From: an uncultured Chthonomonadaceae bacterium
GTDB taxonomy: Bacteria; Armatimonadota; Chthonomonadetes; Chthonomonadales; CAJBBX01
DNA length: 63,014 bases
Direction: 5' to 3'
NCBI GenBank assembly: GCA_964396385.1
Contig: CAYNFH010000006.1
Span: 1-63,014, forward strand
This document shows, piece after piece, positions 1-9,350 of the stretch (its first letter is position 1; each line of letters starts with the position of its first letter). The notes below the pieces were generated by a model that was not told the DNA's origin, did not search any database, and saw only the letters and a program-made list of their open reading frames with translations. Both the position numbers and the translations under genes were made by a program.

Positions 1-128
1 CGGCGGCGCACCCGCGCGCTAGGGGACGGAATCTACGCGGGCGGGCGGACGTACCCGGCGGCGGATAAAGACGTACTGTTTGTAGAGCGTGCCGGGCCAG
101 GACCGTTCGGGGCGCTGGTGATGAAACC

Positions 129-162
129 AAGGGCGGTAGGAGCAAGTCCTGCCGCCCTTTTT
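129..162 (+). terminator. Rho-independent terminator-like hairpin
   Basis: 13-bp stem AAGGGCGGTAGGA / TCCTGCCGCCCTT (one G-U), 5-nt loop, running into a T tract. Confidence 0.65.
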
Positions 163-290
163 GACGTCCGGCTACCCCGGAAGCGCTATGCGGCGGTCAG
201 ATCCGGGCGGAATCCGTGATAGGAGAGATGCGTGCGCAGCGCGAAGCGTGCGGAAAGCGGATTCCGCGGTTCAGGAGGAATGAGGATTCC

Positions 291-902
291 ATGGCTGGCG
301 AAGACGTATTCCTGATTCTACATGGGTGGGGCGGCAACAAGCCGGAGCACTGGCAGGAGCATCTGTACCAGGCGCTCCAGACGGAGGGGCGCCGGGTCCA
401 CTACCCCAAAATGCCGGACCCCAAAGCGCCGAACCTTACGGCGTGGCTGGTGAAGGTGCGGGAGGAGGTGAAGGAGGTCCCGCAGGACGCTTCCCTCACG
501 GTGGTCTGCCACAGCCTGGGTGGGATCACGTGGCTGCACTACGTGGGCAGCGTCGCTCGGCAGGTGGCGGACCGTGTGCTGCTGGTGGCCCCGCCGTATG
601 TGGCGCCGGCCGTCCCGCCGGTGGACGCCCCTCCCGGCGTGGAGGGCTTCTTCCCGCCGCCTCTGAACGCGGAGGCGGTGCAGCGCGCAGCCAGGGAGAC
701 CCAGATCATCGCCTCGAACGATGACGACTACGCCACCTTCGAGCAGACGCGCGCGTACGCGGAGCGGTTGAAGGTACCGCTCCACCTGCTGCCGGGGGCA
801 GGGCACATCAGCCCGTACTGGGGCTACGGCGAGTGGCCGTGGGTGCTGGACTGGTGCCTGCACCGGGCGGATATGCCGCCGAAGCCGAATACGGGACAGT
901 AG
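291..902 (+). CDS. RBBP9/YdeN-family alpha/beta hydrolase
   Basis: ILHGWGG...HWQ, nucleophile elbow CHSLGG, ASNDDDY and GAGHI motifs; ATG 291 follows AGGAGG/GAGG. Confidence 0.85.
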   Translation: MAGEDVFLILHGWGGNKPEHWQEHLYQALQTEGRRVHYPKMPDPKAPNLTAWLVKVREEVKEVPQDASLTVVCHSLGGITWLHYVGSVARQVADRVLLVAPPYVAPAVPPVDAPPGVEGFFPPPLNAEAVQRAARETQIIASNDDDYATFEQTRAYAERLKVPLHLLPGAGHISPYWGYGEWPWVLDWCLHRADMPPKPNTGQ

Positions 903-929
903 CCAGTAGTCAGCGGAGGAGGCCGAGGG

Positions 930-1265
930 ATGCTGCAAGGTGAGAAGGTGGCGCTGAGGCCGTTCACGCGGGAGGACGTTCCGCTCATCTGGAAGTTCCG
1001 GACGGACGTGGAGGTGGAGCTGGCCGGAGGCGGCGACCCGCCGAAACCCTTGACGTTGGAGCGGATCTACGGGGAGTACGACCGGGGCGAGTTCATCTTC
1101 CGCGAGGGCTTCGCGATAGAGGCGGATAACGAGCGCGCCATCCGGTGCTACAAGTCCTGCGGATTCCAGGAGGAAGGCCGGCAGCGCGAGCATGCCTGGA
1201 GCAACGGCCGCTATGTGGACAACCTCCTCATGGGCATCCTCCGAGAGGAGTGGGAGGCCCGCTAG
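930..1265 (+). pseudogene. RimJ/RimL-like GNAT acetyltransferase with apparent in-frame internal deletion
   Basis: N-terminal VALRPF and C-terminal NERAIRCYKSCGFQEEG present; only 111 aa and the central acetyl-CoA-binding motif A (R/QxxGxG) is missing. Confidence 0.6.
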
Positions 1266-1296
1266 CGGGCCCCTCGTTTAGGTGCGTGACAGGCCG

Positions 1297-3114
1297 TTAG
1301 GCGCCTTCGCGGATGGATTCGAGGGTGACGGTGACGGATGCGCCACCTTCCGGGCGGTTGGCAAACTCCACAGTGCCGCCGAGGTCCCATCGGGTGAGGC
1401 TCGTAACCAGTCCGATTCCAGTAGTCTCGGCGGCGGCCGGGTTAAAGTCCGGCGGGAAGCCGGGACCCTTGTCCTCCACCACCATCGTGCCTGTGTTTCC
1501 GCTGGCCCGAAACCGGACCTGCACGTCGCCTTCTCCGTACTTGAGGGCGTTGGAGATGAGCTCGTTGGCCACCAGAGCCAGGCTGGTGGCCTGACGAGAG
1601 GAGAGCTCCAGATCCTCCAATTGCGTCTGAATGTGCCGGCCGCGTACGGACCGCTCGATGAGCGGGGCCAGCTTCTCCAGCACGGACCGGGCGGAGACGC
1701 TGTCCGCGTGCCCTCCGGACTTGGCTTCCTGGGTGAGGAGGTCATGGACCACGGCGAGGGTGGTGATGTGTGAGCCCAGCCGCTTGACCTCGGCTGTCGG
1801 CAGAGCTTCCTGGTCGTCCATGGTGAGCAGGTCTATCATGGCGGCGATGATCTGGAGGTTGTTCTTCACGCGGTGATGGGTCTCGGTCATGGCCCGGCGC
1901 AACCGCTCGTTGAGGGTCTCTATTTCCCCTTGATGCCGCCTTAGCCGCTGCTCCGCCCGCACGCGCTCCGTGATGTCGCGCGTGATCTCCAGGACGGACA
2001 GGGGATGCCCCTCATCGTCCCGCTGCAGTGCCCAGCGGCTGAAGACAATGATCTCATTGCCGTCCCGCGTGGTGTGGACGATCTCGCCCTCCCACCGGCC
2101 GGAGCTTAGAAGGGTCTCCATAGTCGCTTCGCGGGATTCGGGGAATCGGGTTTTCAAGAGCTCGTATGCCACGCTGCCCAAAGCCTCGCTCCTGGTCCAC
2201 CCGTAGAGCTCTTCACAGCTCCGGTTCCAGTAAGTGATGCGGTTGTCCACGTCATGCGTGAAGATGCAGTCATACGCCAGCTCGATCAGTTGGGCCTGCC
2301 GCTCCAGGGCGTGCTCTGTCTCCCGCCGCTCCGTAACGTCGCGAAATACCAGCACCACGCCAGTTAGCGCACCGGCCTCATCGACGATAGGCGCGCCGCT
2401 GTCGTCGATGGGCCGGCGAGCGCCGTCCCTGGCGATCAGGATGGTGTGGTTTGCCAGGCCCACCACCACGCCCTCGCGCAGCACACGCTCGACCGGGCTC
2501 TCCACCTCGCGTCCGCTGTGCTCGTTGACGATGTGGAAGATGTCTACGCAGGGCCGGCTCGCCGCGTCCGCCTCCGTCCACCCTGTGAGCTGCTCCGCCA
2601 CGGTGTTCATGAGCGTGATGCGGCCCTCAGCGTCCGTAGCAATGACGGCATCGCCGATGCTCCGGAGCGTGGCCTCCAGCGCGGCTTCGGCGCGCCGCCG
2701 GTCCTGCTCTGCCTGACGCCGCGCCGTAAAGTCCCGAAGGATTTTGACGAAGCCCTTGAGCGCGCCCTGCTCGTCGCGCAGAGCCGTCAGGACCCCGCTG
2801 CCCCAGAAGCGCTCCCCGTGCTTGCGCCGGTGCCACCGCTCGTCCTCGGCGCGACCCGCCTCCAGGGCTCGCCGCATCTCCTGGTCCGGTATGCCGTTTT
2901 CTCGGTCTTCCGGCATGAAGACGAGGTCCGCGCGACGGCCCAGCGCCTCGGAAGCGGTGTAGCCGAACAGATCCTCCGCGCCGGCGCTCCAGGAGAGGAT
3001 GTTCCGCTGCGCATCCATGGTGAGGATGGCGTAGTCGCGGACGTTCTCCTCTATCAGGCGGAGCCGTTCGGCGGCCGGCAGCAGCGCGTCCGGTTGTGGT
3101 GGCTCGTTGCTCAT
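1297..3114 (-). CDS. Multi-PAS sensor histidine kinase (HisKA_2 type)
   Basis: Three PAS/PAC-like repeats, H-box ETHHRVKNNLQ, N-box ELISNALKY, G-box DKGPG; start placed at MSNEPP. Confidence 0.9.
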   Translation of the reverse strand: MSNEPPQPDALLPAAERLRLIEENVRDYAILTMDAQRNILSWSAGAEDLFGYTASEALGRRADLVFMPEDRENGIPDQEMRRALEAGRAEDERWHRRKHGERFWGSGVLTALRDEQGALKGFVKILRDFTARRQAEQDRRRAEAALEATLRSIGDAVIATDAEGRITLMNTVAEQLTGWTEADAASRPCVDIFHIVNEHSGREVESPVERVLREGVVVGLANHTILIARDGARRPIDDSGAPIVDEAGALTGVVLVFRDVTERRETEHALERQAQLIELAYDCIFTHDVDNRITYWNRSCEELYGWTRSEALGSVAYELLKTRFPESREATMETLLSSGRWEGEIVHTTRDGNEIIVFSRWALQRDDEGHPLSVLEITRDITERVRAEQRLRRHQGEIETLNERLRRAMTETHHRVKNNLQIIAAMIDLLTMDDQEALPTAEVKRLGSHITTLAVVHDLLTQEAKSGGHADSVSARSVLEKLAPLIERSVRGRHIQTQLEDLELSSRQATSLALVANELISNALKYGEGDVQVRFRASGNTGTMVVEDKGPGFPPDFNPAAAETTGIGLVTSLTRWDLGGTVEFANRPEGGASVTVTLESIREGA

Positions 3115-3394
3115 GGGGTGACCGCGGACAGGGAGTGATGCAACGCCGCAGTCAGCTATTCTATCAGTATAGAATGCATCCCTGCCCAGAATCCGTCGAA
3201 TGGGGGATGAGCATGCCGTGCACCTCCCCGATATTTCGCCTGACAGCCACTTCCCCTCGCAGCAGACACGGGCTGACCGGAACAAAGAGAAAGCATAGTG
3301 AACCTGAAACAGCCGGCCCCCGCAGCCGGTGTATATTCCTGTGCCTTCAAACCTGGAGGTAAGCCTGGTCTGAGCTGCTCCCCGGAGTCCCATC

Positions 3395-4027
3395 ATGAAG
3401 GATGAGTTTCCCTCTCCGCCCTGGAGCCTGTGCGGGCAGGGGATGGCTCTGCCCCGGCTCATCCGCGTGGAGCACGTCCGGCGTCTTATTCCTCCCGAGC
3501 TGCGTATCTTCCAGGTACTGCCAGGGAAGACGGCCGGTGGCCTGTTCCTGGCGCGGTACGAGCCCGGTTCCACGCTGGCTTACTCGGAGCTCATCGTGGC
3601 GGCGGCTACCGTGTACCGGGCAGGCAGAATCGGGATCTGGATTTCCCATATCTACGTGGACAGCGCGGAGTCCGTGGCCGGAGGGCGAGAGATATGGGGG
3701 CTGCCCAAGGAGCTGGCCGAGTTCACCTGGGAGAAAGGCAAGACGGTGGTGCGACAGGGTGACCGCGAGCTCTGCTCGGTCCTGTTTACGTCCGGCCGCT
3801 GCCGCGTTCCCGCGCCGCTGTGGCTGCCGGCCTTCGGGCGGCTTGAGGGGCGGCTGCTCCACTTCACCGGGGTAGGCGCCGCCCGGTTGGCTCTCGGGCG
3901 GGCAGAGTGGATCGTACCTAAAGACAGTCCGTTCTGGGGCGTCCTGTCCGGCGGCGAGGGGCTCACCCTCCTGCTGGACGGTCTCCACGTGCGTGTAGGC
4001 GCTCCGCACCCGGCCATAACCCCGTAA
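3395..4027 (+). CDS. Acetoacetate decarboxylase-family protein
   Basis: PPWSLCG start, LAYSELIV, ISHIYVDS..SVAGGREIWGLPK signature. Confidence 0.8.
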   Translation: MKDEFPSPPWSLCGQGMALPRLIRVEHVRRLIPPELRIFQVLPGKTAGGLFLARYEPGSTLAYSELIVAAATVYRAGRIGIWISHIYVDSAESVAGGREIWGLPKELAEFTWEKGKTVVRQGDRELCSVLFTSGRCRVPAPLWLPAFGRLEGRLLHFTGVGAARLALGRAEWIVPKDSPFWGVLSGGEGLTLLLDGLHVRVGAPHPAITP

Positions 4028-4170
4028 TCCCCACAGTCAGCGAATCCCGCCATTCCTACCATAATCCGGTATGGATGCTTGTTCTCCCCTGGATGGCCGT
4101 GTCGCCGTCCTCCCAGTGAGCCGAGATTACTGGCGCAGCGCAATTGGCGCCGCCCCCAGGAGGATCGCGT

Positions 4171-4389
4171 ATGGTTCGATGCCGAAACTGCCGGGAGCTT
4201 ATCACACCACAGGCCAGCGTATGCCGCTACTGCGGCGCCCAGCAGGTCAATACGGGCCAGCTCGCCCTGCTGAGCATCCTGCTCTGCATGGCCGTCGCCG
4301 CCTGCATGTGGCTGAGCAGCGCCGGCCTCCTCTCTCGCGCCATCTCGACGTTCCAGGGGCAGCCGCCGGCTGCAGTGCGGCACCAGTGA
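4171..4389 (+). CDS. Small zinc-ribbon membrane protein
   Basis: CRNC...CRYCG followed by a hydrophobic helix; AGGAGG RBS at 4158-4163. Confidence 0.65.
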   Translation: MVRCRNCRELITPQASVCRYCGAQQVNTGQLALLSILLCMAVAACMWLSSAGLLSRAISTFQGQPPAAVRHQ

Positions 4390-4478
4390 CGGAGGACGGA
4401 GCCTGGAGTCCGGGCCTGAACACCCAATTCCGGCCCGGACTCCGGGTTCATGCTCCCTGCTTCCTCCTTCCCCTACTG
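4388..4478. repeat. Micro-array element: GACGGAG x2, 12-bp hairpin, C-rich arm
   Basis: GGAGTCCGGGCC (4405-4416) / GGCCCGGACTCC (4432-4443) perfect inverted repeat with GANTC in both arms, flanked by degenerate heptamers. Confidence 0.55.
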
Positions 4479-4571
4479 CCCGTTCGGCAAACAGAATAGC
4501 TTCTGGCGCGTACCAGGATATGACGGCCTGGTCCGTTAATTCCATTCTCAATGAGAGAGGAAGGTACGCGC

Positions 4572-6050
4572 ATGAAGATTCGCCTTATCTTTCCGGCACT
4601 GGCGGCAGGCATCGTGCTTCTGCCGTTGGCCGCCTGGGCCGCGGGACCGCAGGGTGTCGACACCGGCTGGGTGATCGACAACAACGGTAATCCCCTCTTT
4701 ACCTCCAGCAAGGCGTCTGCATTGAGCGCAGCGCAGGTGGGCTGGGTGCGGATGGAGTTCCGCCTCATCCCGGGCCACTCCACGTGGGACAGCACGATGC
4801 TGGGTTACTACGACACGGTGGTAAACACCGCCCGCAACCAGGGGTTGCAGGTACTGGGGCTCATCGACGGCGGCTCCTGGCCGGGCAGTCAGAGTGATTG
4901 GTGCGCCAATAACTGGGAGAACACCGGCGGCAACGGTGACAACACCTATATCAACAACTTTGCCGCTTCGGCCGCGGTGACGATCATCCAGCACTTCCAC
5001 GACCGCGTGAAGGTGTGGGAGATCTGGAACGAGCCCAATGCCTGGACGTCCAATCCCTCCCCCGGCGTCTTTACGGGCGGCACCTACATGTACCCGTCCA
5101 ACTTCAGCCAGCTTCTGGCGAACACGTACGCGGACGTGAAGGAGTACAATGGGCTGCAGGATGTGACCATCCTCTCGGGCGGCGTCTTCGGCCACAGCAT
5201 CGGGGGTGTCTACAGCTACCAGAACGCGGGCGCGCAGTACATAGACAACGTAGGTATAAACACCGTGGGCTCCTTCGCGTATACCAAGAGCCACTGGGGC
5301 ACCTACCCGCTGGACGCGATCGGCCAGCATATCTACATCGACCAGGGCGGCACCACCACCTCCGGCGAATTCCAGCAGTACATCTCCTGGGTCCGGCAGG
5401 CCTACACCAAGTACGAGGGGAGCGGCACCGGCAAGCGGTCCTTCATCACGGAGTTCGGGTGGACCACCAGCAGCGTCTCCCAGAGCACGCAGGACCAGGA
5501 CATGAATATCTCGTTCGGGGTGATAGAGGGCGGCAACGTCAACTATGTGCAGACCGCCATCTGGTTCCAGTGGCAGGACAACCCGGCCGCCGGCCTTTAC
5601 TATGGGGTAATCGATTCGAGCGGCAATCCCAAGGTCTGCTACAACGACTTTGTTTACTGGGAAGAGTACCAGGGGTTCAACGCAGATGGCAGCATAAACT
5701 CCAGCATTCAGAACTACTTCAACGCACGTGGCCAGCCTGCCATGGGAGACCCGTACGACAACGGCGGCGGCCCGTTTGTACACACCTGGAGCGGCAACGT
5801 CTATTCGGCCCAGGTGCAGGACTCCAACGGTGGCTCCCACCTGCGGCTCTGTATGATGACCTCCTCGCTGGGGACCTTTGAGGTCAACGACATCCATGGG
5901 ATGTGGGACGTGTACCTCAACAAGGGCGGCATCGGGTACTTTGGGCCGCCCAAGAACAACGAGTATACGTCCGGAAGCGGCACCCGCCAGGATTTCCAGT
6001 CCGGCCACTACATGACGTGGGATTCCACGAACGGGGTGGTGGTGCATTAG
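4572..6050 (+). CDS. Secreted clan GH-A glycoside hydrolase (GH5/GH39-like) with C-terminal LGFP-like repeat
   Basis: Signal peptide, WEIWNEP acid/base, ITEFGW nucleophile, C-terminal GPPKNNEY...RQDFQSGHYMTW. Confidence 0.75.
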   Translation: MKIRLIFPALAAGIVLLPLAAWAAGPQGVDTGWVIDNNGNPLFTSSKASALSAAQVGWVRMEFRLIPGHSTWDSTMLGYYDTVVNTARNQGLQVLGLIDGGSWPGSQSDWCANNWENTGGNGDNTYINNFAASAAVTIIQHFHDRVKVWEIWNEPNAWTSNPSPGVFTGGTYMYPSNFSQLLANTYADVKEYNGLQDVTILSGGVFGHSIGGVYSYQNAGAQYIDNVGINTVGSFAYTKSHWGTYPLDAIGQHIYIDQGGTTTSGEFQQYISWVRQAYTKYEGSGTGKRSFITEFGWTTSSVSQSTQDQDMNISFGVIEGGNVNYVQTAIWFQWQDNPAAGLYYGVIDSSGNPKVCYNDFVYWEEYQGFNADGSINSSIQNYFNARGQPAMGDPYDNGGGPFVHTWSGNVYSAQVQDSNGGSHLRLCMMTSSLGTFEVNDIHGMWDVYLNKGGIGYFGPPKNNEYTSGSGTRQDFQSGHYMTWDSTNGVVVH

Positions 6051-6248
6051 GTGAGAGATGAGGGGTTCGAGGACGAGGACGTCAATAGGATGACAAAGTG
6101 AAAGGTCAGAGGTGAGGGGTGACGGCTCGGGGTACAGCAGGATAACCGTTGCCGGGCTTGGAACCTGGTGTAGCACTGTCCATGGATCCGATAAGTGACA
6201 AGGTGAACGGATTCCGGTTCACCTTGTCACCCTGTCACCCTGTCATCC
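6049..6248. repeat. Octamer micro-array element (GTGACAAG / CACC(T/C)TGT family)
   Basis: Degenerate G-rich run 6049-6125; perfect 14-bp inverted repeat 6195-6208 / 6217-6230 around GGATTCCG; extra CACCCTGT units follow. Confidence 0.75.
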
Positions 6249-6250
6249 GC

Positions 6251-7489
6251 ATGCACCCTCCCGCCGACGAGCTCCAACTGCTGTACGAGGCCGGCCGCCA
6301 GCTCGGGCATACGCTGGACCCCCTACGGATCTACGACACCGCCCGCACCCTGCTGGCCCAGGTCATGGACTGCGACGCCCTGCTGGTCTCCACTTACGAC
6401 TCCGATGCCCAGACTATAAGGTGCGCCTACGCGTGCGTGGAAGGGCAGCGGCCGGACCCCGCCGGGTTCCCGACGATTCCGCTGGCGCCGGAAGGCAAGG
6501 GCATCCAGAGCGAGGTCATTCGCACCGGTGAGCCCCTGATCATCGACGACGTGGAGGAACAGAAGTCCCGCTTCACGACGCGGTACCACGTAGACCCGGA
6601 TGGGGCCGTCCACCGAGAGGCCTCGCCGGACAAGCCCTCCTCGCGATCCATCCTGTACGTTCCCATCAAGCTGGAGGGCCAGGTACTGGGCGTGCTCCAG
6701 GTGATGAGCCATCGTCCCCACGCGTACACACCGGACCACCTGCGGTTTACGGAGGCGCTGCTGCTCCAGGTGGCCGCGGCCAGCCGCAACGCGCACCTGT
6801 ATCAACAGGCGCAGACGGAGATCGCGGAGCGCCGCCGCGCGGAGGAGGATCTGAAGCGGGAGCGAGCGGCGGTCGAACGTCTGAACCAGGGGCTGCGAGA
6901 CGCCATGGCGGAGACGCACCACCGCGTGCGCAACAACCTTCAGCTCATGGCGGCGCTGGTGGACATGCAGCTCATGGAGAGCGGTGAGACGGTGCCGCGG
7001 AGCGAGGTGGAGCGCATGAGCGCCTACATCTACACCCTGGCCGCCGTGCATGAGATTCTGACCGATGTCTCGCGCGAGCATACCGGGGAAGAGCGGATCT
7101 CCGCGCGGGCGCTTATGGAGCGGCTGTTGCCGAAGCTGGGGCAGCTCACGCCGCACAAGCGGGTGGAGGGCGTCATCGCGGACTTGACACTGACGCCTCG
7201 CGCCGCCACTGCGCTCGCGGTGGTTGCCAATGAGCTGGTAAGCAACGCGCTGAAGCACGGGGCGTCCACCGTGCGTGTGTCGCTTCGAGGCGAGGACCCG
7301 CAGGCGACGCTGGAGGTGGAGGACGACGGCCCTGGGCTGCCTCCGAACTTCCAGCCGGAGACTGCCGCCCACACCGGCCTGGAGCTGGTGCTGCGCCTCG
7401 CGCGCTGGGATCTGGGCGGAAGCATCTGCTTTGCGAACAATCCACAGGGCGGCGCCTGCGTCTCAGTTCGATTCCGAGCCGCAGAATGA
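6251..7489 (+). CDS. GAF-domain sensor histidine kinase (HisKA_2 type)
   Basis: GAF domain, ETHHRVRNNLQ, ELVSNALKH, DDGPG; alternative start 6182 would include the repeat. Confidence 0.88.
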   Translation: MHPPADELQLLYEAGRQLGHTLDPLRIYDTARTLLAQVMDCDALLVSTYDSDAQTIRCAYACVEGQRPDPAGFPTIPLAPEGKGIQSEVIRTGEPLIIDDVEEQKSRFTTRYHVDPDGAVHREASPDKPSSRSILYVPIKLEGQVLGVLQVMSHRPHAYTPDHLRFTEALLLQVAAASRNAHLYQQAQTEIAERRRAEEDLKRERAAVERLNQGLRDAMAETHHRVRNNLQLMAALVDMQLMESGETVPRSEVERMSAYIYTLAAVHEILTDVSREHTGEERISARALMERLLPKLGQLTPHKRVEGVIADLTLTPRAATALAVVANELVSNALKHGASTVRVSLRGEDPQATLEVEDDGPGLPPNFQPETAAHTGLELVLRLARWDLGGSICFANNPQGGACVSVRFRAAE

Positions 7490-7538
7490 GCGGGTTTGAG
7501 TAGGGGAGGGGCCGCCGCGAAGCGGCCCTGGCTCCGTT

Positions 7539-9266
7539 TCACCTACTGAGTGGGGCAACTGGGACGGCAACGGGGGGCGTCGCCGTAGGTGGGGCGACCG
7601 TCTTGTTGGACTTGTTGGCCGGCCTGAGCTGTACTGACATCCCGCCCTTGTAGTACGAGCCATCCTGACGCTGGACCACGAAGCTCAACACGTCTCCCGG
7701 CTTGGCGTTAAGGAGGACGGCGCCCATATCCTCCATGGAGCTGATCTGCCGGCCGTTGAGGGAGATCAGCACGTCACCGGGCAGGATTCCGGCTCGTGCG
7801 GCGGGGGTCTCGGGGTAGACCTCACGGATGCGTACCAGGCGCTGCGGCGTCCCATCGCCGGGCCGCGTCTCCTCCCCGGTGGCGACTCCCAGCCAGACGC
7901 GCTGGATCTGCTTGCCGCTCTGCAGCGCCCCGAGCACCGGCTGCACGTCCGTAATGGGGATAGCGAAGCCGGCGCTGCTCACCGCGGGCTTTACCACGAA
8001 CTGCCGCATTCCAGACCAGTTGCCGGCAACGCCGTTTGGCGCGGGCAGGTTCTGGCCGGGCGCCTGGCCGGCCACGGAGAGGTCCTCTCCTCTCGGGTAC
8101 AGACCGAGCTGGTAAGCAGTCCCCGGAATGAATTCGTTCTGGAAGCTCAGAGTCTGCGTAGCCTGGATGGCGGCGATGATGCCGATGACCTCCCCGTCCA
8201 CGTTTACTAACGGAGCGCCGCTGGAGCCGGCACCGATGGTGCCGGCAATCTCGATGAGGCGCGAATAGCTGCGCCGCCCGTCCGATACTCCCGCGTGGGT
8301 GAGCCCCGCCACCATGGAGAGCGAGACCGAGTTGTTCTGACCGTTCTGGTTACCTACGGCGATGGCGAACTGTCCAGGCTCGACCTCCTGTGAGTTGCCC
8401 AGCGTGAGCGCGGGAAGCTTGGCGTCGTCTGAGAGCCTCAGCAGGCCCACGTTGGCCTCATTGTCTATGCCCGCGACACTGGCCGTGAGCTGCCTCCCAT
8501 CGTTGGCTATGACCACGGGGTTGGTCATGCCTTCCAGTACATCCGCGGTGGTGACGATGTATCCTCCCCCCACGCAGAAGCCGGTGCCGGAGCGAACCAC
8601 GGTGTTGGCGTAGTAGCCGAAGCTCTGGTTCCCCTGTTGAGGCGCAGGGCGTGCGTTCTGGAGCCTATCGTGGAGAATCTGCGCCTCCTTCTGGAGCTGG
8701 TCCTTAGGGCGCGTGGCGTCTTCCGGAGTGGGACGGCCCTTCAGTGCGTTCTGAACCTGAACCAGCCTGTACTCCAGCGCATCCGGGTTAGCGGGAGTCT
8801 CGTACAGCGCCCGTACCTGGCCGTCCGGCGCGAGAATCACGCGGTTGCCGGCGGCATCCAGCTCCCACCGCTCCCCATCCCGCAGGGGGTTGACGGGAGT
8901 GGGCCCGGGCGCGGTTGCACTCCCAACCGTGCCTCCGCCTCCGCCGTTCTGCGCGTTTCCGATCCCCCCGAAGGGCGAAGTGGGCTGTGCGCCAACTCGG
9001 TCGGCCTCCCGCGCCGCGGCCGCGCCAAATCCGCCGAACAAGTTATTTGATTGGGTGCTCGGGCGGATGTCCTGAATGGTGACCACTGCTCCGCGGACCC
9101 GGCGTACGATGGCGGTCACTTCGGACTGCATGGCCTTGAGCACCCGGAACTGCGTGACCGGCGCGTCGAACCGCTTGCCATCCTGGTCGACCGGTTTGGC
9201 CTCCTGGACGGTCGGAGTGGGCGCCTGAAGGACCAGCAGCCCGCAAAGAGAGATGAGGTTGATCAT
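7539..9266 (-). CDS. Secreted HtrA/DegP-like trypsin + PDZ protein, probably catalytically degenerate
   Basis: SGTGF, IAVGN, GSSGAPLVNVDGEVIGI, C-terminal PDZ (PAARAGILPGDVL); His and Asp of the triad substituted. Confidence 0.8.
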   Translation of the reverse strand: MINLISLCGLLVLQAPTPTVQEAKPVDQDGKRFDAPVTQFRVLKAMQSEVTAIVRRVRGAVVTIQDIRPSTQSNNLFGGFGAAAAREADRVGAQPTSPFGGIGNAQNGGGGGTVGSATAPGPTPVNPLRDGERWELDAAGNRVILAPDGQVRALYETPANPDALEYRLVQVQNALKGRPTPEDATRPKDQLQKEAQILHDRLQNARPAPQQGNQSFGYYANTVVRSGTGFCVGGGYIVTTADVLEGMTNPVVIANDGRQLTASVAGIDNEANVGLLRLSDDAKLPALTLGNSQEVEPGQFAIAVGNQNGQNNSVSLSMVAGLTHAGVSDGRRSYSRLIEIAGTIGAGSSGAPLVNVDGEVIGIIAAIQATQTLSFQNEFIPGTAYQLGLYPRGEDLSVAGQAPGQNLPAPNGVAGNWSGMRQFVVKPAVSSAGFAIPITDVQPVLGALQSGKQIQRVWLGVATGEETRPGDGTPQRLVRIREVYPETPAARAGILPGDVLISLNGRQISSMEDMGAVLLNAKPGDVLSFVVQRQDGSYYKGGMSVQLRPANKSNKTVAPPTATPPVAVPVAPLSR

Positions 9267-9281
9267 GGGATGAGTTCTCTT

Positions 9282-9341
9282 TGGTTGATGGTTGATGGTT
9301 GATGGTTGATGGGCCGGAACCTGAGGCCATCAACCATCAAC
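9282..9341. repeat. Head-to-head heptamer arrays (TGGTTGA)x4 / (CCATCAA)x2
   Basis: Directly visible tandem units in inverted orientation around GCCGGAACCTGAGG. Confidence 0.85.
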
Positions 9342-9350
9342 TCTCACCTA

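Noticed and set aside
60-162. Riboswitch upstream of the hydrolase
   Set aside because: A terminator hairpin is present, but I recognise no aptamer and the region is cut by the window edge
3115-3573. N-terminal extension of the PAS kinase in the ORF track
   Set aside because: It overlaps the divergent gene at 3395 and has non-coding composition
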